DNA of 64,000 nt, from assembly GCA_963833985.1 (NCBI GenBank), contig CAWIAD010000002.1, positions 384,001 through 448,000 on the forward strand. Reading direction: 5' to 3'. This DNA is from an uncultured Planctomycetaceae bacterium (GTDB lineage Bacteria > Planctomycetota > Planctomycetia > Isosphaerales > Isosphaeraceae). The notes beneath the pieces are model-generated. The model made no database searches. It was not told where the DNA came from and was given only the letters and a program-made list of their open reading frames with translations. How positions within the stretch are numbered: position 1 is the first letter of the stretch; every line of letters starts with the position of its first letter. Position numbers and translations under genes: made by a program. Below are positions 1 to 8,825 of this stretch, one piece after another.

Positions 1-664
1 CCAGCGGAACCATGGCCAGCAGGAACGACCGGTAGACCAGCAGCAGGACAATCAGGAGCAACGCCACGGTTGCAACGGCTGCGCGGTCGAGGGAGACCTG
101 GACCTGGGCCATGTAATCGCGGCCGATCACCGCGTCGCCGGTCCAGCGTAGCTCCAGGCCAGAGACCCCCGGAGTCTGACCCAGGAGCCTTTCCGCCTGC
201 GATTGCAGCCAGGCAATCGCGCAATGCGCAGTGGGCGAGACGTGCGAGGAATCCAGCGGCAGCACCAGCAGGCTGAGCGTGCCGTCCCGGCTGACCAGAC
301 GCTCGGCAACCTCGGCGGGAGACTGGGGCCCCAGCACCCGAAGCAGGTCCGCTGGTCGATCCTGCGCGCTCAACCGCCGGCTCAGGCGGACCGCGAACTC
401 CCGGTCGGCATCGGTCAAACCGGCCGGCCGGTACAGCTCAAGAACCGCCGCCGACTCGTACGACTGGTCTGGCCAGGCGCGCCGGATCATTTCCGCCGCG
501 CGGCGGCTTTCGGACTCCTCGCCCAGCAGCTTGGACTGGCCCTCCGCGGCCAGCCGTGTCAGGTTCGGAGAACCCGCCCCGACGGCGAGCGCAAGAAGGA
601 TCCAGAAAATGGCGACCCATGCCGGTCGACGGCTCAGGATATCGAGGGCTTTGTCCGGCCACAT
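1..664 (-). CDS. MMPL/RND-family membrane transporter (5' part, runs off window)
   Basis: Not in the ORF track. Manual translation from ATG 664 gives MWPDKALDILSRRPAWVAIFWILLALAVGAG...LELRWTGDAVIGRDYMAQVQVSLDRAAVATVALLLIVLLLVYRSFLLAMVPL, i.e. TM1, a large loop, then the 'TG...D...LLLVYRS...PL' pattern typical of MMPL. Confidence 0.85.
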   Translation of the reverse strand, partial: MWPDKALDILSRRPAWVAIFWILLALAVGAGSPNLTRLAAEGQSKLLGEESESRRAAEMIRRAWPDQSYESAAVLELYRPAGLTDADREFAVRLSRRLSAQDRPADLLRVLGPQSPAEVAERLVSRDGTLSLLVLPLDSSHVSPTAHCAIAWLQSQAERLLGQTPGVSGLELRWTGDAVIGRDYMAQVQVSLDRAAVATVALLLIVLLLVYRSFLLAMVPL

Positions 665-828
665 GGATAGGGCTCCTGCTTCCGTCATCACGCACTTGCC
701 GTGTCCGATCCTTCGGACATTTCCGGCTGGAGCACGCGGTTATCTCTGAACAATGGAGCAGGCACAGGACGTGCCGATGATCCATCCGGGCGGGTTGAGC
801 CAAAGGCCTACCTCGTCAAACTCTCCCG

Positions 829-857
829 ACTATAGCCAGATCACCATCTCCAATCAA
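829..857 (-). promoter_or_regulatory. Candidate sigma70 promoter for the MMPL gene
   Basis: Minus strand reads TTGATT-17 nt-TATAGT, ~165 nt upstream of the ATG, in an AT-enriched intergenic patch. Confidence 0.45.
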
Positions 858-870
858 TGCAAGAAAGTCA

Positions 871-2794
871 TCAGCCTGTCCGCGCAAGGGATCGAGGCGC
901 CGTCCTTGCCGGATGCGCAAGTCCAGGCGAAGTTGAGCCTTGATTCATGACTGCTGGCGCGGGGGAAAACCTCCCATGATGGCAATCGAGAGCGCGCGCC
1001 GGCACGCTGGCCGTAGCCGAGCGGCCGGTGCGGCGATTTCGGAGTCGCGCGACGACGCCAGGGTCAACCCGCGCTCGCTCACAGAGAACCGAATTGGTCC
1101 TTGCCCGGGTTCGTCCAGGCGGTGAGCTTGCGCCCTTGCTCAGGCTCGTCAGCCAGGCCAGGGCCAATGAGGCCATTCCCAGCGCGATGTAGTCGAGCCC
1201 CGCCACGAGCACTCTCAGGTATCGATACGCCAGCCAGCCCGACCAGAGGGCCCAGCAAGTAAGAATGGCTCCGGCGGCCGCGAGCGATCCACGGTGCTTC
1301 AGCAGCCAGCCGTAGGCCGCCAGCACAAGGCACATGACAGGCGGGTAGATCCACCTTGCCAGCGGCGGGACCTGGTCTTCCATTCCGCCGTCGGGCCTGA
1401 CCAGCAAGGCGATGCATCCCAGCAGAGCCAGCAGCGCACCATAGTTCCGGCACCAGCGCCCGAGGGCATCTTCACAGACCGCGCCCAGCGCCAGGAGAGC
1501 AAACAAGGCCACGTGGTAGCCAAGCGGCAAACGATACGGCAACGGCGCTCCGCCGATACGCCCCGTCAAGGTGGCAGCGACCAGGCAGCCCACTGCAAGG
1601 AGACAGAACCAGCGGTCGCGCCGGATGACTGCGATCGCGAACAGCAGACCGGAAACCACGGCCATCGGTAGAAACCGCGGCGCTGCCAGCCGGCCGAGAT
1701 CCCGAGTACTCGGGTCGACGACCGCAAGGCCCAGCAGTGCAAGGGTCAGAGCGAAGGCGGCCAGCGAGGCGCGCCGCGTCCAGGCGTAGGCATAGTACCC
1801 GGCTGCGGCAACCAGTGTCAGGAAGAGCGGCGTGCCGCCCAGCCGTGCGCTGAACTCTGCCAGGAACGCCTGGTATGTGGGCTCGGGACGGTGACCGACG
1901 GCGGCCAGCACGACCAGAAGAGCCGGCAAAGCCAGCGCCAGACGCACGATGGTGGGCTGTCGCTCCACCAGGCCGATCTCGAGCAGGAGCACGGCCACGG
2001 CCAGCAAGAAGGGCACCAGGAAATAGGGCCCGAAGATGTAGGGCTCCGCCGCTTCAAGCTGGAGGTGGTGCATGGACCAGCACAGCAGCGCCGAGCGTGC
2101 CATGACGGCGAAGCCGAGCACGCCAAAGAGTGTCCAGGGGTACCAGGCCCAGGGCCAGGGACTGCCGTTGCCCTGGACGTGGTTCCGGCCCCGGCGAACG
2201 GCCGGCAGCAGCGACAGCGCGACCAGTCCGGCCACCGGTGAGAACCCGTAGAGCGCCCAGCTCGAGCCCGGCACTTCGCGGCTGGTCCAGCAGCGGAACC
2301 AGCGCCACCGGGTACAGGAAGAAATGTGCAAGTATCAGCAAATAAGGGATACGAAAGGCCAGCGGCAGCGCCAGGCGGCAGCCGCGGAGCATCCCCTCGC
2401 TGACCGCAACGGCAAACGCCAGACCGCCCACGAAACAGGCGCTGCCACGACTCGGGGCCACGGCCAGCACCTGGTCGAAGGTGACGGACGTCGCCAGGAA
2501 CATGAGCACCGAGAGCAGCAGCACGGTCCGCACGTCGTCCCAGACGCCGAGGAGCCGCACCAGCAGGCACGCTGTCACCGCCAGTAGCAGCGTGTAGCTG
2601 CTCAGGCCGGCCGCGAGCGCCCATGTCTGTGCGGGCTCGGCCTGGCCACCGAACGAGACCCAGAGCCCCAGACACACCAGCATGGCGCTGAGGACGTAGA
2701 ACGGGTTGTTGCACGTCAGCCAGCGGATCAGCCCACGTGAGCCGCCGAGCGCCGGTGAGGACGAAGAAATGCACGCGTCGGTAAGAACGGTCAT
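871..2794 (-). CDS. Large multi-pass integral membrane protein (apparent frameshift ~2261; possible second one ~1131)
   Basis: ORF 2054-2884 (MTVLTD...NNPFYVLSAMLVCLGLW...) continues into ORF 871-2331 (WALYGFSPV...) if one extra C in CTCGAG-C-TGG is removed. There are many hydrophobic helices. The last ~90 aa look out of frame, so the true stop may be at 1079. Confidence 0.7.
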
Positions 2795-2955
2795 GATGAT
2801 GGCCCCTTGATGTGATCGGGTCGGGACCGGGGCAAGACAGGAAATGACGGATGGGCTCCAGTCCCGTGCCTGCATCATAGCCAACCTGCGACAACTGTCG
2901 CAAGAGGCTCATGGATCAGCTTGCCGCAAGCAAGCGGTGGGGCCCCACGGCTGGC

Positions 2956-4299
2956 TCAGTCGTGCCGGGCCGGCAGCGGCGCGGACGCGTTCGCGGGATG
3001 GTAGCTGTTGCAGAAGTCGATCCGTTCACCAATGCTGGGGTGGGAACCACGGAAGACCTTGTAGATCAGCCCCGGGCGGGGGTTACTCAGGTTTTCGTGC
3101 TGGAGCTTGACGAAAGCCGTCGCGGCCGAGTGATTGGCGTGCGTCAGGTCGAGTGCGAAGCGGTCGGCCGCATGCTCCTGGAAGCGGCTGTAGGCCATGG
3201 CCACGGGGGACAGGAACAGGCTGGACACCTCGATCAAGAGCAGAATCAGCGGCACCGCCGCAATGTCCGACAGGCTCTGGAACCGCAGCCGGTGGGCGTA
3301 CCGGGCGATCAGCCAGCGGCCCAGGCGATCGACCACGAACAACCCGGTGAGCGTCAGGAGCGACGAGAGCAGGATCGACCACACCACGTGGCCCATCACG
3401 TAATGCCCCATCTCGTGGCCCATGACCGCGAGGACTTCTTTCTCGTCCAGCCGGTCCAGCAGCGTATCCCAGAGGACGATCCGCTTGGTCCCCAGCACAC
3501 CCGTCACGTAAGCGTTGACCATCCTGGTATCGGCGCTCTTGTCCACTTCGAAGACCCGGCTCCCTTCGATGCCGGCCCTCTGGGCCAGTTCCAGTATCGA
3601 CTGCTCGAGTGCCTGGTTCTTCATCGGCCCGAACTTGTTGAACAGCGGATCGATCCAGATCGGCATCACCAGCACGGTCGAGAACAGGAAGGGTACCGAC
3701 AAGAGCGCTGAGTACAGCCACCAACGCCGCGGCGATCGAGAGAGCAGCAGCAACGGGACCCAGGCGAAGGCGAAGCCCGCCAGCATCTCCACGCCCAGGT
3801 GGAGAACCGATTTCGTGAACCACCGGCCCGGGCTCTGGTTCGAGAGACCGTAAGCGTGCTGGCGCACGAACCCCGCGTAATAGTTCAGGGGCAGGTCAAT
3901 CAGGAAGACGAGCCCCAGGTAGAGCACGACGTACAACCCCACCGAGAGGAACCAGTAGCGGCCCAGCCTGTGCGCCAGGTCACGGAGAGTGGCGGAGAAG
4001 CCAGAGAAGGCCATCGCGGCAGGCACCAGCATGCTCCAGCAGACACCCAGCGCCCACAGCCACATACCGCTTCTGTAATATCGCAGGGCCAGGGGAGAAG
4101 GAGTCGGAACCTCGACGGGACGCTGTTCCATGTCCGTTCTCGCGACGAGGGTTCCAGGATCCGGCACACCGCTCTTGCTCCCTGTGTGCTGTTGAGGTTC
4201 CTCGCTCGGCTGGGCCGCCTGCATGGGAACAAGGGAACCGGCGAGCACGATGAGCAGTACCACTACCAGAGCGACTGGCGCAAGCGACTTCCGATTCAT
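2956..4299 (-). CDS. M48 family (Ste24/CAAX-protease-like) membrane zinc metalloprotease
   Basis: HEMGH zinc motif, NAYVTG, RIVLWDTLL, SRFQEHAADRFA and HPSIGERI motifs, plus several TM helices. Confidence 0.93.
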   Translation of the reverse strand: MNRKSLAPVALVVVLLIVLAGSLVPMQAAQPSEEPQQHTGSKSGVPDPGTLVARTDMEQRPVEVPTPSPLALRYYRSGMWLWALGVCWSMLVPAAMAFSGFSATLRDLAHRLGRYWFLSVGLYVVLYLGLVFLIDLPLNYYAGFVRQHAYGLSNQSPGRWFTKSVLHLGVEMLAGFAFAWVPLLLLSRSPRRWWLYSALLSVPFLFSTVLVMPIWIDPLFNKFGPMKNQALEQSILELAQRAGIEGSRVFEVDKSADTRMVNAYVTGVLGTKRIVLWDTLLDRLDEKEVLAVMGHEMGHYVMGHVVWSILLSSLLTLTGLFVVDRLGRWLIARYAHRLRFQSLSDIAAVPLILLLIEVSSLFLSPVAMAYSRFQEHAADRFALDLTHANHSAATAFVKLQHENLSNPRPGLIYKVFRGSHPSIGERIDFCNSYHPANASAPLPARHD

Positions 4300-4357
4300 C
4301 AAGCCCTGGCCCTTTCTGACGTGGTCCTCGAGCCTTCAGGCGGGCGCGGGCCCTTGA

Positions 4358-5776
4358 TCACTCGATGATCTGGTGGGGCTCTGGCTCGCTGATCGGAGCG
4401 TTCGGCTCCGGCTCACCAAAAACGCGGAGCGAGAGATACCCCAGTGCGGCCGCAAGCGCCGCGCTCAGGGCGCCGAGTACATAGGTGGCGTAACGAAACA
4501 GATTGAGCCTGCGCAGGAACTCCGCGCCCTTCTGGCCTTCGGCGGTCTCGGCGATCTCGGTTTTCTCGGCCAGTTCTTGTTTCAGCTGCACCTGCGACTT
4601 CTGAAGGTCGTCCACCTGAAGTCGCAGCTCGTTGGTCTTCCGGGCGTCGGCCTCATTGCGCTCAGCCTGTGTCCTGACCGTGGCCAGCTCATCGGTCAGC
4701 TTGTCGTTCTTGGACACCAGCTCCTTGGTGCGCAGACCCAGAGTTTCGTTGATCGATTGCAGGGCCGATAGCTGCTTGCGGGCCTCGTCGCGGGCCTTCG
4801 CCGCACGCTCGTATCGCTCGGCGAACTGGGCGGGGTTATCGCTGCCGGCCTTCTCCAGCAAAGTATCGACGGTGAGCCGCTGAGTTCCGGCAACCTGGTC
4901 CACCGACCGCGCCAGGACCTTGAGCGACTCGCCCTGATCTTCGAGCCGGTTGTGAAGCTGGTACAGCCCGAGCACCACACCGACCCCCAGCACGCCCAGG
5001 AACGACCCCAGCATGCTGAAGAGCACAGCGGTCTGGATCTTGTCGCCTGATGGGCCGACGTACTGCGGCGTTGATTGTCGATTGAGCATCTTCAGAAGCT
5101 CCGCCTCGAGACGTGGAGAAAGAATCCCCGTTCCCGATCCCGAGCCCTGTGGGCTGGGAATGTTTTCCAGGTCATTGGCCAGCTTGGCCAGGGCCATTCG
5201 CTCGCTTCGCTCGGCAGTCAGGTAGTAACCTTCGACCTGCGCCACGTTCCCGCCCCGCCACTGGAAGAAGCCGCGGGTCTGCTGGATGGGATCGACGACG
5301 TAGGCCACTTGCAGCTTCTGGGCGAAGAAATGTTGATGAATGAAGACATCGTGGTGCGACAGGAAGATCCCGAAGCTGGGATGCGTGTGGTACCAGCCGA
5401 CGATGTCGAGGTCGGGAAACAGCCGATCGCGCTCGCGAGTGATCTCTTCCCAGGAGTCGTGGGTGTAGGTGAAGCTGGCCTGAGTGTTGGCGTAGTGCTT
5501 GGCCTCGAGGCTTTGTGAGATCCACACAAAGGGCGTGCCCGCCGTCTCGTCCAAGCATTCCTTGCCCAGCAAGATGCCGCCGAGCTCGACCGAGGTATCC
5601 GCCAGCGCGTGCCGCTCGATGGCGTCGGCCGCGTGGTAGTCCAGGAAGATGGGCAGGTCGTCGGCGGCGGGCACCTGATAGGACAGGCAGGCGAAGCGGC
5701 GGTCGCGGTCGGGTCGGAGTAGCCGCACCGGCTCGCGGTACCGGATCTCGTCGAAGACCATCTCATCGCCGCTCAC
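4358..5776 (-). CDS. JAB/MPN+ (JAMM) metallo-isopeptidase fused to TM - coiled coil - TM
   Basis: VELGGILLG...VGWYHTHPSFGIFLSHHD (E...HxH...S..D JAMM motif, Rpn11-like). Hydrophobic helices at ~4961-5033 and ~4425-4495 flank a heptad-rich segment. The GTG start at 5776 overlaps the E1 stop (GTGA). Confidence 0.9.
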   Translation of the reverse strand: MSGDEMVFDEIRYREPVRLLRPDRDRRFACLSYQVPAADDLPIFLDYHAADAIERHALADTSVELGGILLGKECLDETAGTPFVWISQSLEAKHYANTQASFTYTHDSWEEITRERDRLFPDLDIVGWYHTHPSFGIFLSHHDVFIHQHFFAQKLQVAYVVDPIQQTRGFFQWRGGNVAQVEGYYLTAERSERMALAKLANDLENIPSPQGSGSGTGILSPRLEAELLKMLNRQSTPQYVGPSGDKIQTAVLFSMLGSFLGVLGVGVVLGLYQLHNRLEDQGESLKVLARSVDQVAGTQRLTVDTLLEKAGSDNPAQFAERYERAAKARDEARKQLSALQSINETLGLRTKELVSKNDKLTDELATVRTQAERNEADARKTNELRLQVDDLQKSQVQLKQELAEKTEIAETAEGQKGAEFLRRLNLFRYATYVLGALSAALAAALGYLSLRVFGEPEPNAPISEPEPHQIIE

Positions 5777-7065
5777 CGGCCCATCCCCCAGCCGCGCGGG
5801 CGGCCGTCCCGGTCGCCAGCCAGAAGGAAGAAACGGCTTGCTCCGGCACCGTCCACGCGGAGGATATCGTACGCGGGCACGCCAAGGTCCGCCAGCGTGC
5901 GGCCGGCCAGCGGGGAAGTCTCCTGCACGGTGCTGATCAGCTCGGGACGGCCCGTTTCGCGGCAGTTCGGGCATGCGGCCTCGGCTTGCCGAACGCTGGT
6001 GCGCGGCCGCATGATCTCCTGCCGCCCGTCGCATCGCGGGCAATGCACGGAGGTCACCAGCTCACGATCGAGAACCAGGGCGAGTGGTCCTTCCAGCTCG
6101 TCCCGCGCCGCGGCCAGCAGTGCGGCGCAGGTGCTCTGGTGGCCGAGCGGCAGCTCGACCGGGCGGGGATAGGTCTCGTGGCTCAGGCAATCCTCGCGAA
6201 ACGGAAGCTGCGTCGTATAAAACTGATTGCCCACGCCATTGAACACCATCGCCGAACCGGCCGCCACCGGCATCCCATGCAGCAGCTTGAGCGCTTCTTG
6301 AACTTGCAGCGCCGCCATCATCGACGCGATCGTCGGCGCCGTGGGGACCTTGCCCGCCAGGATCTCGTCTCGCTTCAGCAGCGGACAGCTATAACGCAGG
6401 TTCAGAAGCTGGTAATCGCGCTGGGTCATGGCGCACTCGTAGCAGGCCGAATCCGGCGGCACGAAGACCTTCACCACGCCCTGGATCTCCTGGATGCCCG
6501 CGTCGATCCAGGGCGTGCCGGTCTTCCAGCACTGACGGTTGACCCAGAGCCGGGCCTCGCGGTTGTCCAGGCAGCCGATCACCAGGTCGACATCAGCGAA
6601 CAGACCCAGGCCCAGATCGGTGATGACGTCCCCGTGCATCGGCACGATGGTGATGTCCGGATTGAGCTCGCAGGCCCGCCGCGCCGCGGCCTTGGCCTTC
6701 GACTGGCCGGCGTCGTCGGCTCGGAAGAGCACCGAGCGCGACAGGTTCGAGGGCTCGATGACGTCCAGATCGATCAGGTAGGTGGTCCCCACGCCCACCA
6801 GTGCCAGGTTCTTCAAAACCTCGTTGCCCAGCGCGCCGGCTCCGACGACCAGCACCCTGGCGGCAGCCAGCCGGTCTTGCCGCCACCAGGAAATGAGACG
6901 GAGGCGGCCGTAGCGATCTTCATCGTCAATTCGCAGCAGCGCCGGATCGCCGTTCTCACCTTCCGGCGGAACGGCAGACGCGGCCGCCGGGCTCGCGCCG
7001 GGCTCCCGCGCATCGCCGGGTCCTGCCTGTGCCTGACCGCGAATCGATAGGGATGGTTGATCCAT
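5773..7065 (-). CDS. E1-like ubiquitin-activating enzyme (ThiF/MoeB/E1 superfamily)
   Basis: DRYGRL...VLVVGAGALGNEVLKNLAL...DLDVIEPSNLSRSVLF...CLDNREAR; ACYEC followed by RYSCP (candidate catalytic Cys at 6385-6387); C-terminal CPRC/CPNC zinc pairs. Start could be 7065 or 7101. Confidence 0.92.
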   Translation of the reverse strand: MDQPSLSIRGQAQAGPGDAREPGASPAAASAVPPEGENGDPALLRIDDEDRYGRLRLISWWRQDRLAAARVLVVGAGALGNEVLKNLALVGVGTTYLIDLDVIEPSNLSRSVLFRADDAGQSKAKAAARRACELNPDITIVPMHGDVITDLGLGLFADVDLVIGCLDNREARLWVNRQCWKTGTPWIDAGIQEIQGVVKVFVPPDSACYECAMTQRDYQLLNLRYSCPLLKRDEILAGKVPTAPTIASMMAALQVQEALKLLHGMPVAAGSAMVFNGVGNQFYTTQLPFREDCLSHETYPRPVELPLGHQSTCAALLAAARDELEGPLALVLDRELVTSVHCPRCDGRQEIMRPRTSVRQAEAACPNCRETGRPELISTVQETSPLAGRTLADLGVPAYDILRVDGAGASRFFLLAGDRDGRPRGWGMGR

Positions 7066-7100
7066 CGGACTTGGTTCCCGCCCTGACCCGCGGATCGCCA

Positions 7101-8093
7101 TTATTCCAGGAACATAATCTCGTCGTTGCTCTCGAGCGGCCGGGACGGGCGAGGCGGGATCTCATCATCCGTATCGAGGACGATCACATCGTCTGTGATC
7201 GTCTCGACGGGCCGGGCGTTGCGTGGACCCGCGCTGTCCGTGAGACATCGGCCTTCACCGTTCGGGGCGGGAATGGGCAAGCTCGCGGACGCGGTCTGGC
7301 ACGGCGACACGGACACCGCGCTGACGGTTGAGCCTGCCGGGTGGATCGCCGTGACAAGACCGGGGGGCCCGGGAGCCAGCACAGTCGTCGTCGTGACCAG
7401 TTCCGGCTGGCCGGTGATCCCGTCGCCGATCGCCCTGGCGTACCGCTCCATGAACTGGCGCACGCGTCCCACCGGAGAGAGGCTCTCCAGGCCTGAGCCG
7501 GAACCGTTTCGGGCGGCGTGGCCGGCACGCGAGGGCTGCCTTGTCGCGCCGGCCGAGGACCCCCTCGTGCTGCCGTTGACGTCGCTCTCCGCGGCTTCAA
7601 TCCGCCCCTGGGCCGCACGCAGGTCGCGCAATGGCCGGGCGTCGGTGGGGAAGAGGATTGCCGTCTGGTTGGCGACCCAGAGCGCGGCTTCCCGGTTGTA
7701 CGGGCTGCGGATGTCGTAGTTGAAATAGCGGGTCATGTCCCAGAGCATCACGCAGAGCTCGTCTAGCTGGACGCTGGGCACCCAGTGCGTGCCGTAACCG
7801 CCCAGACAGACCATGCCGATCTCCGAGATATTGGGATGGTACACCGGAGTCAGCCAGCGCAGCTCTGGAATGGTCCGGGGATAGGATGCACCAAGCTTGA
7901 TCTCCACGCGGTGGTAAAGGACGAGCTTGACCTTGCCGCGATCACGGCATAACCCCTTACCCTTGTAGGTGACAAGATAGTACGTGGGCGGATTGCCCGT
8001 AGCCTGAAAATCAAAGACCGAACTTTCCGACCGCAGCCTTTCAAGGGCCGTCAGGTCGTTTCTCAGGCGCCGCATGCGTGGGGAGTCGTGCAT
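7101..8093 (-). CDS. E2 ubiquitin-conjugating (UBC) enzyme with long disordered C-terminal tail
   Basis: RRLRNDL helix 1, YPRTIP, TPVYHPNISEIGMVCL (HPN motif plus catalytic Cys at 7806-7808), W..S..L, SPYNREAA. Alternative start at 8144. Confidence 0.92.
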   Translation of the reverse strand: MHDSPRMRRLRNDLTALERLRSESSVFDFQATGNPPTYYLVTYKGKGLCRDRGKVKLVLYHRVEIKLGASYPRTIPELRWLTPVYHPNISEIGMVCLGGYGTHWVPSVQLDELCVMLWDMTRYFNYDIRSPYNREAALWVANQTAILFPTDARPLRDLRAAQGRIEAAESDVNGSTRGSSAGATRQPSRAGHAARNGSGSGLESLSPVGRVRQFMERYARAIGDGITGQPELVTTTTVLAPGPPGLVTAIHPAGSTVSAVSVSPCQTASASLPIPAPNGEGRCLTDSAGPRNARPVETITDDVIVLDTDDEIPPRPSRPLESNDEIMFLE

Positions 8094-8261
8094 CGTCTCG
8101 CGGCCACCCGCGGCAAGCGCGGAGCCGACCTCTTGGAGGTACATCGTCTGGCGAAAAGGGAGCTCTGGGGAGGCTGCGGCCGAGGCAGTGAAAACTGTTC
8201 GGGCGAGGCCACAACACCGGGCACCGGGGAATGTCCCGTGCGCCGGTGAACCCCGCCCCGC

Positions 8262-8555
8262 TCAGCCCGCGACCACCTCGGGATAGACGATCAGGTGATC
8301 GCCATTCTGAATTCCAGCCTCAACGAGTGTCCAGTTTTCGAGCAGCCGCCGTCCCCCTTCTTTATGATCCAGCGCGTAGCTCATGGGCTGACCGTCCGGG
8401 CTGGTCGCCGGCAAGTTCATCTTGGTGATGATGTTGGGGATGATCCGGCTAACGGGAACGGTGAAGGCGATAACCGCCTTGACCGACTTGGACCCGGTCT
8501 GATCCAGAAAGGTGACCTGGATCCCGTTGGGATCGGCATTTCCGCCGTATGACAT
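8262..8555 (-). CDS. Ubiquitin-like beta-grasp protein (YukD/EsaB-like) ending in Gly
   Basis: 97 aa with a TLVEAGIQNGDHLIV Ubl signature and C-terminus PEVVAG-stop. Strong SD (GGAGGAGG) upstream. First gene of the E2-E1-JAB run. Confidence 0.88.
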   Translation of the reverse strand: MSYGGNADPNGIQVTFLDQTGSKSVKAVIAFTVPVSRIIPNIITKMNLPATSPDGQPMSYALDHKEGGRRLLENWTLVEAGIQNGDHLIVYPEVVAG

Positions 8556-8825
8556 GATCAGGATACCTCCTCCACATCCCTATTCGGACGCTCCTCGCCG
8601 ATATTGGGTCGCACCCGACGGTTTCTTCCCGATCTTCCCCGCGGCCGGGCAGCCCGTCTTGGCATTGCCCTTCCACCAGGATAACCGCTGACGCGCGCGG
8701 CGAGAACAGCCCGCAGCGCAAATTCCAGGTGAAGTCCCGGTAATCGACTCTTGCGCGTCCCTCTCTCAGCTTATACGCGAGATGAGTTCCATCCTTTCAC
8801 GGGAATCTCATCGGGTCTCGCATTC

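Noticed and set aside
5773..8555. ThiF/MoeB + ThiS/MoaD sulfur-carrier pathway
   Set aside because: An E2 with a catalytic Cys sits in the operon, the E1 has no rhodanese domain, and no cofactor-biosynthesis genes are nearby.
8262..8555. Type VII secretion EsaB/YukD component
   Set aside because: No WXG100 or EssC/FtsK genes are in the window. The C-terminal Gly and E1/E2 context favour a conjugated Ubl.
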